Shown piece by piece: positions 53,132 through 62,365 of a DNA stretch of 64,000 bases (its first letter is position 1; every line of letters starts with the position of its first letter). This DNA is from Bacteroidota bacterium (GTDB lineage: Bacteria > Bacteroidota > Ignavibacteria > OLB7). Both the position numbers and the translations under genes were made by a program. The stretch spans positions 15,215 through 79,214 of the forward strand of contig JAFDZV010000039.1 in NCBI GenBank assembly GCA_018266795.1, given 5' to 3'. The notes under the pieces were generated by a model. That model was given only the letters and a program-made list of their open reading frames with translations, made no database searches and was not told the origin of the DNA.

Positions 53132-53623
53132 ATGGACATCCAGAAGAGAACGATAACCGAAGGGAACGAACGCATCGGCTCCGGCGAATGGCTGGATCGC
53201 AATGCCATGATGCTTGTACGGGTGAGCATCGGCATTGTCTTCATCTGGTTCGGTGCGCTCAAGTGCGTTCCGGGCATGTCGCCGGCGGAGGACCTTGCAG
53301 GCAAGACGCTCGGCATCCTGACATTCCATCTGGTGCCGGAGGATCTCATGGTGAGGATCCTGGGTATCGCGGAGTTGTTGCTCGGCCTGGGCTTCGTCAT
53401 CGGACGAGGCATGCGCGTCCTGCTCTGGGCCTTCTTCATCCATATGGCCGGGACGCTCATGCCGCTCGTGCTTCTGCCACGCGATACGTTTGCATGTCCG
53501 CCCTACTGTCTCACACTCACCGGCCAGTACATCATCAAGAACCTCGTCTTCATCGCCTCTGCACTTCTGCTTGTACGCTTCGAACGGACAAAGCCGAAAC
53601 TGCGGGCAACCGGCATATCGTGA
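53132..53623 (+). CDS. DoxX-superfamily / YkgB (DUF417)-like small membrane protein
   Basis: ORF track starts at 52844; the ATG at 53132 (MDIQKRT) is preferred. Four hydrophobic helices, with VRVSIGIVFIWFGALKCVPG...LTGQYIIKNLVFIASALLLV resembling YkgB/DUF417. Confidence 0.6.
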   Translation: MDIQKRTITEGNERIGSGEWLDRNAMMLVRVSIGIVFIWFGALKCVPGMSPAEDLAGKTLGILTFHLVPEDLMVRILGIAELLLGLGFVIGRGMRVLLWAFFIHMAGTLMPLVLLPRDTFACPPYCLTLTGQYIIKNLVFIASALLLVRFERTKPKLRATGIS

Positions 53624-53669
53624 TCGTCGGCGGACGAACCCGTGCGACCGGTTGAGCGATCCGGCCCGT

Positions 53670-55733
53670 TCAGAATCGAACTGCCATGCCGCCCCGTATC
53701 GAGCGGGGTGTCCCGGGGGTGAAGTGAAGCTCGCTTACGGGAGCCGCCTCGCCGCGCAATCTGCTTTCGGTGTCGAACTGCGCCTCGTTCCACTCCGCGT
53801 TCAGAATGTTTTCAACATTCGCGAACCATTCCACCTGCCCGATCCGATACGACGCGGAGAGGTCCACGATCCCGTAGCCCCGCGCGCGTACGGTGTTCTC
53901 CGGATTGGCCGGGCGATCGCCAACCATGCGAAGCCGCGCCGCCGCCGAGAACGGACCGCTGTGCGCGGTTGCATTCGCCGAGAGCGTGAAGTTCGGTGCA
54001 AGCGGGATGGCGTCGGCTCCGGCAGGCGCATCCACGGAGCGTCCGCGTGAGAGCGTGGCGTCCGCTCCGAGCGTAACCCACTCCAGCAGGTTCACGCGCC
54101 CTTCAACGTCGATGCCGATGCGCCGCGTGCGTCCGCTTGGCTCCGTGGTTCCCTCATCACCTTCGTAGACGAGTTCCTCCTCGAGATCCAGCAGCCATGC
54201 GGAGATGGCGCCGCTTGCACGGTCGCCCGGCGAGCCGCAGCGAAAACCGATCTCACTTCCGAAGGCACGCGGCAGGGTCTTCGTCCGATCCTGAACCACC
54301 CCGCGCGCATCGTTGGAATGAAAGCCGAACCCCGTGTTCAGGAACAACGCTGCGCTTTCACCGAACGGAATCGAAACGCTGGCCTTGGGAGATACGAGGA
54401 ACTGACCCGCGATGCCGTTCGGCTGCGCGCCGTCGCGAAGCAGGTTCTCCACATCGAACGTGAAATAGTCCGCGCGAATGCCGAGAAGAAACTCGGCCCA
54501 CGGAAGCACGATCTCCTGTTCCAGATACGGGCCGATCTGGCGTTGCGCGATCTGAGCATCGGCCTTTGTCTCCAGCCGCACTCGAGCCGAGTCGTGGCGG
54601 AGCGCGGCCCGGATGTCGTCGCTCCGCAGATCTGCTCCGAACCGTGTTCGCATCCCCGCATCGCCAAGCGAATAGATGATGTCGTTCTCCGCCTTGAGCG
54701 CGAGTATGGACCTGCGGTCGGTCTGCTCGATCATGTCGCCGCGCACGGAGTCGTGAGCGAAGAACGTGAAGTCGCTGTAGAGCCGGAACCGGTAATCCGT
54801 GTAGGAGCCGGTGATGGTAAGCGGTGAGTTCCCACCGGACGCATATTTCAGGATGGCGGTGGTGCGCGACGTTGAGCCCCCTTCGTTGGGATCGATGGAG
54901 CCGAAGCGCGATATCAGGCCGCTCTCAACTGCGCGCTCGGGCACCTGGCCGCTTGCGTTCCAGCCGGCGCTGAAGGAGGAGACGCTTGCGCTGATCGATC
55001 CTCCCCCGGCCAGCGACTCGCGAATCTTTGCGAAGAGGTTGGCGCGATGAACGTCCTGCGAGGCATCGAAGTATCCGTTGGAGCCATAGAGCTCTCCGCC
55101 GAAGTATGCGCTCAGGCCGGATGCGGAGACGGGTGCGCGCAGCAGCAGCACGCCACGGCAGGTGCCGAAGGGGCCCCCTTCAATCTTCAGCATGCTTCCG
55201 CGCAGCGTGTCCGCGGTTCTGAAGGTGATCGCGCCGGCCGTGGCCAGATCGCCGTTGCGCGCGAAGTAGGGGCCCTTCACAACGTCGATCGCCTCGATCG
55301 TCTCCGGGATGATGAAGTGAAGGTCCGCGTATCCCTGCCCATGTCCGTGCGATACCATGTTGACCGGCGCGTCGTCAACGGCGATGTTCACGTCGGTGCC
55401 GTGATCGCAATCGAAACCGCGAAGGAAGATCTGCTCCGCCTTGCCGCCGCCGGCATGCTGCGCAATCACCAGGCCGGGCACCACGCGCAGCATGTCCTGC
55501 GCGGAACTGCGGGGGCGGAGCGCGAAGTCCGCAGCACGGAAGCGGGCGTCGCTCACGGCGGAGTATGCATGCTCTGCCCGCACCGTCACGGAGCCGCCTC
55601 GCACGTGCAGTGTATCGCTCCCGGAGTGGCCGTGCTGTGCAACCAGTGTCGTCGCCGCCATCACGATGGTTGCTGCGATTGCGAGCGATGCTCTCACGGG
55701 AGCGGATGCGGGGGTGCTGGTGTTGCTGAACAT
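53670..55733 (-). CDS. TonB-dependent receptor
   Basis: Start at 55733 (MFSNTSTP...) gives a signal peptide. Plug motifs DMLRVVPGLVIAQHAGGGKAEQIFLRGFDCDHGTDVNIAVDDAPVN and IEAIDVVKGPYFARNG. Terminal GGMAVRF. Confidence 0.9.
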   Translation of the reverse strand: MFSNTSTPASAPVRASLAIAATIVMAATTLVAQHGHSGSDTLHVRGGSVTVRAEHAYSAVSDARFRAADFALRPRSSAQDMLRVVPGLVIAQHAGGGKAEQIFLRGFDCDHGTDVNIAVDDAPVNMVSHGHGQGYADLHFIIPETIEAIDVVKGPYFARNGDLATAGAITFRTADTLRGSMLKIEGGPFGTCRGVLLLRAPVSASGLSAYFGGELYGSNGYFDASQDVHRANLFAKIRESLAGGGSISASVSSFSAGWNASGQVPERAVESGLISRFGSIDPNEGGSTSRTTAILKYASGGNSPLTITGSYTDYRFRLYSDFTFFAHDSVRGDMIEQTDRRSILALKAENDIIYSLGDAGMRTRFGADLRSDDIRAALRHDSARVRLETKADAQIAQRQIGPYLEQEIVLPWAEFLLGIRADYFTFDVENLLRDGAQPNGIAGQFLVSPKASVSIPFGESAALFLNTGFGFHSNDARGVVQDRTKTLPRAFGSEIGFRCGSPGDRASGAISAWLLDLEEELVYEGDEGTTEPSGRTRRIGIDVEGRVNLLEWVTLGADATLSRGRSVDAPAGADAIPLAPNFTLSANATAHSGPFSAAARLRMVGDRPANPENTVRARGYGIVDLSASYRIGQVEWFANVENILNAEWNEAQFDTESRLRGEAAPVSELHFTPGTPRSIRGGMAVRF

Positions 55734-55967
55734 GATCGGGCTCCTCGTTCGAGCGCCGGACGGCGCCCACGGATCGGGCATGCGTGGAACGATTCGAATA
55801 CGAAGATGCCGGGCACGTGGATTCCTGGCGGGCTCTGCCGGAAACAAGCCGGCCCGGAGAGAACGGTGGCCTACCGAACGGATCTCCGGGCCGGTTACTG
55901 CGCAATCGCAGCAGGAGCCCTCGGGATGTATTCCGTGACGACGGGTGAGTTGGTCCGAGACGAGCGC

Positions 55968-56531
55968 TCAGGAGCTCAGACCCCAGATGCGTGCAACGAT
56001 CAGCACCGCGCCGATGCAGGCGATCACTCGCGATACCTCGACCACGATCTCGCGTTCCTTGCCGTAGCGGCGCAGAAGCCAGAGAAGCGGGAAGGCTGTG
56101 CCGATCACCAGCAACTGCCCAGCCTCGATGCCGAGGTTGAAGCCAACCAGCGGTGCCCAGATCTGGCCCATGCCGAGCATGCTCTTCAACAGATCGGTAA
56201 GGTGTCCGGAGAATCCCGCGCCGTGAATCAGGCCGAACAGGCCGGCGATCATCCAGCGCCCCCGGTATTCGCGGCGCACGACGTTCTCGATGCCGACGTA
56301 GACGATCGACAGTGCGATCAGCGACTCGGTTATCACCGGATCGATGGAGATCACGTCCAGCGCACAGAGCACCAGCGTTGTCGAGTGTGCTATCGTGAAT
56401 GCTGTCGCAACGCTGAGGAGCGAGCGCCAGTTGCGCGTCACCATGATCAACCCCAGAAGAAAGAGGAGATGATCGTATCCGGTCAGGATGTGACGCAGAC
56501 CAAGGTCGAAGAAGAGTGTGAAGTTGTTCAT
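55968..56531 (-). CDS. HupE/UreJ-family membrane protein
   Basis: Start at 56531 (MNNFTLFFDLGLRHILTGYDHLLFLLGLI). The HILxGxDHLLF motif plus 5-6 TM helices and FTIAHSTTL / GLIHGAGFS are typical of the HupE/UreJ_2 family. Confidence 0.85.
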   Translation of the reverse strand: MNNFTLFFDLGLRHILTGYDHLLFLLGLIMVTRNWRSLLSVATAFTIAHSTTLVLCALDVISIDPVITESLIALSIVYVGIENVVRREYRGRWMIAGLFGLIHGAGFSGHLTDLLKSMLGMGQIWAPLVGFNLGIEAGQLLVIGTAFPLLWLLRRYGKEREIVVEVSRVIACIGAVLIVARIWGLSS

Positions 56532-56539
56532 GGTTGAGC

Positions 56540-57034
56540 CTACAGGTTGACCGAGATCATGGGCTTTGACGGCGTGAAGATGTAGTTGTATTCGCTCCCG
56601 CCCGCCTTCAGCACCATCAGGTTCATCTGGTCGCCGTAGACATGGAACAGAGCGTTGTGCATGATCGTCGCGGACTGCAGGCGTGTTCTGGATTCGGCGC
56701 GGAGCTCGAACCATACGGACTTGCCGTTCTCTCCCCTGGTGATGCTGCTCCAGGCAAGCATCTGATTGCCGGAGTAGACCCGGAAGTGATCGCGCACGAA
56801 GTCCGTCATCACCGCCTGCTGCTGTGCGGCCGTCAGACTCCCGACGTTCGCCCTCCAGTCGGCGACTGCCCGAAGCAGGTCGTCCTTGTAGTAGGTCACC
56901 TTGCCCTTGAATACATTCCCGATGATCTCGGACTGGCAGTAACTGATATGCACGTCGTGCGGTTCCGGCATGCGGAAGGCGCAGAGCGAGACGATCGTGA
57001 TGCAGATCGCGAGAAGTACGGCCGTCTGTTTCAT
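56540..57034 (-). CDS. small secreted protein, DUF6702-like (family name from memory, unverified)
   Basis: Signal peptide. PHDVHISYCQSEIIGNVFKGKVTYYKDDLLRAV resembles the H-x-H-[IV]-S...F.DDL pattern of small proteins commonly encoded next to HupE-type genes in Bacteroidota. Ends 8 nt before the HupE start. Confidence 0.6.
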   Translation of the reverse strand: MKQTAVLLAICITIVSLCAFRMPEPHDVHISYCQSEIIGNVFKGKVTYYKDDLLRAVADWRANVGSLTAAQQQAVMTDFVRDHFRVYSGNQMLAWSSITRGENGKSVWFELRAESRTRLQSATIMHNALFHVYGDQMNLMVLKAGGSEYNYIFTPSKPMISVNL

Positions 57035-57077
57035 TGTTGGTTCCTCCTGGTTACGGTGCCGTGATTCTGCGAACGCA

Positions 57078-58442
57078 TTACATCCGGTTGCTGCCGGAGC
57101 CGGCGTGCTGCCGCTCCGTCAACTGCCGGCGTGCGGACGTGCGGGCAACCGGTGCCAGCCATGGATTCTGATGGAGCGCGAGCTTCAGCTCCGCAGCTCC
57201 CCGGGCGCGATTGCCGGCTCCCATGTAGATCGATCCGGCATAGTAGTGGAGCATGGGGTTGGCCGCCCCGAGGCGCAGGGCCCGCTCGATGTAGGGAACT
57301 GCCTCCGCGGCGCGCCCGTTCCTGAAGAGGAGCCATGCATAGGTGGTCTCGGCATCGATATTGTCCGGACGGCGATCGTACTCCCGGCGCGCGCGCTCCA
57401 GCGCCTCCGGGAGCTGTATGCCGTGATTGCCGCAGTACTGTGCATACTCGCGGTCAACATTCCAGCCGCCCTTCTCGTGCAGCCTGAACGCCTCCAGCAC
57501 CTTCGCCTCCAGCGTCTTCACGTTATCGCTCTCGCCCATGGCCAGGTAGACATCGGACAACTGCTCGGAGAAGAGATGTTCCGGCGAGATCTGAAGCGCC
57601 TGCACGAGCAGCTCGATTGCACCGGTGTAGTCGCCCCGCACATTCTTCACGGCCGCGAGGCCGCTGAGCGCATACGGGTAGTTCGGACGTTCCTGAAGGA
57701 TGCCGTTGAAGATGTAGGCGGCCGTGTCCGGCTTCCCCGCGTTGAGGAACAGGTTGCCGAGATTGTACATGCACCATTCGCGATCCTCCTGACCGTAGGC
57801 GCCGGACTCTCCGGCCATCTTCATCGCGGCGATCGCGCCGTCGCGATCGCCATGCAGCTCGCGGATGTAGGAAACGCGTGCATAGGAGCGAAGATCCGGG
57901 CGGATCTTCATCATGGCATCGCATGCCTTCACGGCGGCATCGTAGTTGCCCAGCTCCACGTAGGAGTCGCAGAGCACTCCGTAGGCCAATGCGCTGTACG
58001 GATTGCCGGCTACCGCGCGCAGCGCGATGTCGTTCGCGGGCTTGAACTGATGCTGCGTCATCAGCAGCGATCCCTTCGTTACCAGCGCCTCGAAGTCGTT
58101 CGGACTCCGGCGGAGGGCCTCGTCCAGAAGCGCATTCGCCCCCGGAATGTAGTCGTGATGCCGGCCGGTGATGCGCGCCTCGTTCATGAAGAGCTGGGCC
58201 ATGCGAGTGCAGGCCTCCACGTCGCGATTCTTCGAGATGATGCGCCCCTTCAACTGTATGTACATGTCGCGCACCTTCGCGAACTCGGCGTCGCCCAATC
58301 CGGCCGGGCGATCCTTCAGATCCGGAACCGCGAAGGCCGGTTCATCCGGGCTCTGAGCCGCGTGGCCCGTTTCGTTTCTGCATCCTGATGATGCGAGAAG
58401 CATGAGTGCTGCAGTGGCGCAGAGTGTGAGTCGAGTAAGCAT
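57078..58442 (-). CDS. TPR-repeat lipoprotein
   Basis: Lipobox LLASSGC at the N-terminus. At least 8 TPR-like 34-aa repeats (for example AYGVLCDSYVELGNYDAAVKACDAMMKIRPD). Confidence 0.8.
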   Translation of the reverse strand: MLTRLTLCATAALMLLASSGCRNETGHAAQSPDEPAFAVPDLKDRPAGLGDAEFAKVRDMYIQLKGRIISKNRDVEACTRMAQLFMNEARITGRHHDYIPGANALLDEALRRSPNDFEALVTKGSLLMTQHQFKPANDIALRAVAGNPYSALAYGVLCDSYVELGNYDAAVKACDAMMKIRPDLRSYARVSYIRELHGDRDGAIAAMKMAGESGAYGQEDREWCMYNLGNLFLNAGKPDTAAYIFNGILQERPNYPYALSGLAAVKNVRGDYTGAIELLVQALQISPEHLFSEQLSDVYLAMGESDNVKTLEAKVLEAFRLHEKGGWNVDREYAQYCGNHGIQLPEALERARREYDRRPDNIDAETTYAWLLFRNGRAAEAVPYIERALRLGAANPMLHYYAGSIYMGAGNRARGAAELKLALHQNPWLAPVARTSARRQLTERQHAGSGSNRM

Positions 58443-58967
58443 TGCTTTCTATCTCCTGATGCGATTGCCTTCTGTGCGTTCGTCGGTTGCCCGTGAGTCG
58501 ATGAACCGTGCCGCGCGTTGCGTTGCGGCATAACGCTCTCCCCAAGAAAGCGCACGTCGGATCAACGTGCGGCAGGTTCACCAATCGTCTCCGCATCCGG
58601 CCGGCTGTTCCGGCGTGAACCATCTGTGTTCGAGGCGCGCTTCCGCTCTGCCGAGAGGCCGTTGAATCGGCCGGGGTGGAGCAGAACGTGATCGATGCGT
58701 GCTGGCCATCTCGAATACGTGGTAACTCGTCTCCGTGGATTGGGCCGGCTGCTCCGAGAGTGCCGAAGATGCCGGCTGCCGGCCTCGCCATTGCCGGGAC
58801 GCGGAGTGAAGGCGTCCCGGCAATGGCGCAGTTGTTCGCCTGAAGGTTCCAACAGCGTGCCGCTGGGCACGAATCAAAGCAGGGGGTGGCCCGGCGTTCC
58901 GCCAACCGGACACAGTCTCCGGTGCCCGATGAGTCGAACGCTATGGGGATTGGCTCTGTTGGAGCGA

Positions 58968-61034
58968 TCAGTGTACCACGGTCAGCTTCGTGGTGGCGAT
59001 TGTGGCGTTGTGAACATCGAGCGTTGCGATGTACGCGCCTGCAGGCACGTTCGCGCCCGGTGTCCACGTTGCATGGTAGTCGCCCGTGCCGAGATGCTGA
59101 TCAAGGATCGTTGCAACCCGCTCGCCGTTGCTGTTGTAGATGTTCACCGTCACCGGACCTTGAGCATTCAGGTGGAAGCTCAGCATCGTGGATGTTGTGG
59201 CCGGGTTGGGGCTTGCGCTTCCGGTGAAGAATCCGGCCGGCGCCGCCATGCCGAGCGGGCTGCCACCATCGTCGCCGCGAACGGCGCTGGTTGTCAGCTT
59301 CTTGATGTAGTCGTAGCCACGGTGCGGCGGTGCCATGTACGGGAACGTGTTGCGGAACGGTAGATCGTTCGCCTCCGGACCCGCGGAGTATCCCAGTACG
59401 CCGAGCAGATTCGGGGTTACCGGGCTGCCGCCGGACTGATAGTCGTCGTACCAGAGGCCGATCGCCGCCAGCGCAACACCGCCTACCGCCTGCAGCTCGA
59501 TGCGCGTAACATCATCCTCCAGACGGCGGCCGTTGGGGAAGCCGTCCATGTTCGGGATCCACTGGATGTTCGTGTTCGCATAGGTGGGATCGGTGAGGCC
59601 CAGCACCGCAGTGGCGATGATTCCCTCGGAGCTGAACTGCGGATGGTTGCGCGGCGTGACCGGCGTTGCCATGTTCAATCGCAGCATGTCGCCGAGCGAC
59701 GGAAGGAAGTTGTTGATGAACGGCTTGCCTGCCGAAAGCGGTCCGCCGGTCTTGCCGGTTGCGAGCTGATACGGCGCCAGGTTCGGAACGCCGGTGTAGA
59801 AGATCGGGAGCAGATCGGCCGCGCGCGGCGACATGCTGTCCGGAAGGAGAATGGGGCCGAACGCCGCATCACTCAGTGCCGTTCCCTGACGCGCGCTCTC
59901 CGGCAGACCGTACAGACCCTTGTGGCCGTTGCGGAAGTCGAATGCGCCGAGCGAGTTGCTCTGGACGCGGAGTGCGGAAAGCGCCGGAACTGCGCCGCCG
60001 AACTTGCTGTCGTCCATGTAGAGCGCAAGCTCCGGGTTGACGAAGTAGGGAGCGAAGGAGAGTTCGTTGTTACGGTCGTACGGCGACGTGGCGTTCCATC
60101 TGTCCTTTGCGCCGATCGGGATAACGGCCTCGTTCGTCAGCGGCATGCCGAGACGCGAGACCTGCACCCATGGGCCCGATGCGGACGGCTTGTCGCCGGT
60201 GGTGCTGAGCGTGGTGATCTGCTGGCGCGATGCCGAGGCCCACACTCCGATCACGTAGTCGCCGTCGAGAATGCTTGTGGCGTTTGCAACGGACTTGTGA
60301 TCCTTCTGCAGCATCTGGATCGGCACCTGGATGGCGATCGTGTGGCAGTTGAATCCTGCAAGTCCGTCGCGGGCGCGTGCATCACCGGTGCCGTCCTTCA
60401 GCCGGGTCTGGCCCAGGTCGAAGATGCCGCCGAGATCCACGAAGAAGGGATCGTCCACCGGTCCGCAGTAAATCTTCTCGCCGGACGATGCCGTCGCGAT
60501 CGCATCGGTCATCAACTGCTCGTAGCTCTTTCCCATGCCGGCTGCGCCGTCGATGGAGCGCGGGCCGATGTTTGCCGGAGGCACAACGCCGTTGGTCACG
60601 ATCGTTGTCCACGTGTTGCCGCCATCGGTGCTCTTCTCGCAGGTGTAGGTGGTCTTCAGATTCTGCTTGCCCAGACGGATGTTGAAGAAGGTTGTCGGGT
60701 CTTCGTTCGTCTTCGTGAACGTGAAGCGATAGGTGATTTCATCGCCGACCTTCGTGGCATCGTTGTCGATGTGGATCTCGTAGCGGATGTTCTCCCCGAA
60801 GCTGTAGTAGTTCGGTCCTCCTTCCGGAAGTTCCAACGGGATGTAGTTCGCGATGAGCGTAACGGTGTTGGTGTCGTCCGGACTGCGGAAGGCGTAGAGA
60901 TCGGTGTTGTCGGCCAACGGGTCGTTGGCGATCAATGGCGCCTCGCGGTGACTCGAGGCATATCCCATTCCCACGGCAAGGCTTATGCCCGCCGCGGCTA
61001 ACAGGAGTGCGCTCCTGGTGCGTAGAGTTCGCAT
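58968..61034 (-). CDS. DUF4331 domain protein with T9SS C-terminal sorting domain
   Basis: The N-terminus after the signal peptide, SSHREAPLIANDPLADNTDLYAFRSPDD, is the hallmark DUF4331 start. The last ~80 aa, SASPNPATTSTMLSFHLNAQGPVTVNIYNSNGERVATILDQ...GAYIATLDVHNATIATTKLTVVH, form a T9SS CTD. Confidence 0.88.
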   Translation of the reverse strand: MRTLRTRSALLLAAAGISLAVGMGYASSHREAPLIANDPLADNTDLYAFRSPDDTNTVTLIANYIPLELPEGGPNYYSFGENIRYEIHIDNDATKVGDEITYRFTFTKTNEDPTTFFNIRLGKQNLKTTYTCEKSTDGGNTWTTIVTNGVVPPANIGPRSIDGAAGMGKSYEQLMTDAIATASSGEKIYCGPVDDPFFVDLGGIFDLGQTRLKDGTGDARARDGLAGFNCHTIAIQVPIQMLQKDHKSVANATSILDGDYVIGVWASASRQQITTLSTTGDKPSASGPWVQVSRLGMPLTNEAVIPIGAKDRWNATSPYDRNNELSFAPYFVNPELALYMDDSKFGGAVPALSALRVQSNSLGAFDFRNGHKGLYGLPESARQGTALSDAAFGPILLPDSMSPRAADLLPIFYTGVPNLAPYQLATGKTGGPLSAGKPFINNFLPSLGDMLRLNMATPVTPRNHPQFSSEGIIATAVLGLTDPTYANTNIQWIPNMDGFPNGRRLEDDVTRIELQAVGGVALAAIGLWYDDYQSGGSPVTPNLLGVLGYSAGPEANDLPFRNTFPYMAPPHRGYDYIKKLTTSAVRGDDGGSPLGMAAPAGFFTGSASPNPATTSTMLSFHLNAQGPVTVNIYNSNGERVATILDQHLGTGDYHATWTPGANVPAGAYIATLDVHNATIATTKLTVVH

Positions 61035-61344
61035 GATCTGTGTTGAGTTTGTGAATGAGTTCGTCCTTCACCTGCCACTGCACGTTTGAAGGCTCACATC
61101 CACGTACGAAGCGACACTCGCTTTGGATTGCACCGATATCCGCATGAGGGCGCAGGCGGCCTGCCGGATCGAATGGGAAGGTGATGCTACTTGCCGGGAT
61201 ATCGTTAAACTTCCGGCCGTGTGAGCGGTGTCAGAGAACGATCGGCGAGCGTGCATGTTCGGCCGTGTCACATTCGGGCCCCAACAACAATCATGTAGGA
61301 AGTCGCGTCTCTCCCCGCGACGACTCAACAAGGAACGAGGCATC

Positions 61345-62208
61345 ATGAACGGAAGAATCATCACCCTGGCACTGCTCCTCGCAGCAGGTCTTGCCGCGTG
61401 TAATACGAAGGTCATCGATCCCGGCCCAACCCCTCCGGCCGCTTCGATGACGTTCAAGAGTGGGGCACGCTATCAGTACGATAGCTACCAGACCGATCCT
61501 ACGACGTCGGAGAAGATGTCCGCCACGGAACGGACTCGTACGTGGACTCTGGTGAATCCGTCGGCGTCGGCCTACGGCAAAACCGGAGTCGCCGTCTTCA
61601 TCGACAGCATCGTTGCAGGCGGAACCATCGTCACCGTTGCGGACTCCGTTCTTCTCGAGCAGTCCTCCGGGAGCAACGATATCAACCGCTACGCATCGCT
61701 CGCGCCGGAACTGGACTTCTCCGGGAATGTCCCCATCAACGTCGATCTCGGGCGCCAGTGGATGCGTGAGGCAACGCTGAACGCAACAACGGCGAACTGG
61801 TTCGTGGGCGAGGCGGCCGATACGGTGCAGATGAATCTGAACGTCCCGGGACTGCAGGGAGTGAAGGTGGGCGTTGCGGATTCCGCCATCGCATCCGCGC
61901 AGGACAACGTGGTGGTCAACGGCACGAGCTACACCGCCACCAAGACCACGCACAGTCTGGAACTGAGCATCTCGCTTCTCGTCAACGTGCCGATTCTCGG
62001 TGTGCAGGCGATCAAGGTGAAGAGCGAAACGCTTTCGCGTACCACGTGGACGGTGCCGTCGCTTGGTGCGATTGCGCGCGAGGAACGGCAGGGAAAGGTG
62101 ATCGATGTCAGCGGCAGCACGATCAGCGGCGTCACCATCCCAAGCTTCTCGCTTCCCGTGCCGGGTTATGTGTCGGTTATGACGCAGGTGCTCGCAACCG
62201 GTAATTGA
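61345..62208 (+). CDS. hypothetical lipoprotein
   Basis: ORF track starts at 61228; the ATG at 61345 gives MNGRIITLALLLAAGLAACNTK (lipobox LAAC). Beta-rich and Thr/Ser/Val-rich. No family recognised. Confidence 0.6.
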   Translation: MNGRIITLALLLAAGLAACNTKVIDPGPTPPAASMTFKSGARYQYDSYQTDPTTSEKMSATERTRTWTLVNPSASAYGKTGVAVFIDSIVAGGTIVTVADSVLLEQSSGSNDINRYASLAPELDFSGNVPINVDLGRQWMREATLNATTANWFVGEAADTVQMNLNVPGLQGVKVGVADSAIASAQDNVVVNGTSYTATKTTHSLELSISLLVNVPILGVQAIKVKSETLSRTTWTVPSLGAIAREERQGKVIDVSGSTISGVTIPSFSLPVPGYVSVMTQVLATGN

Positions 62209-62365
62209 TCCGATGCCCGCGATGCATGCCGCATCGCATGGGCATGGTGCAACGCAATGAGAACGGCCACGCACTGCGTGGCCGTTCTCGTTCATGTCGA
62301 TTCGGATGCCTCTCCGGTTGGCCGCCGTGTGTGCAATCCTGCATCGATCGTTATCATGCGTCATC

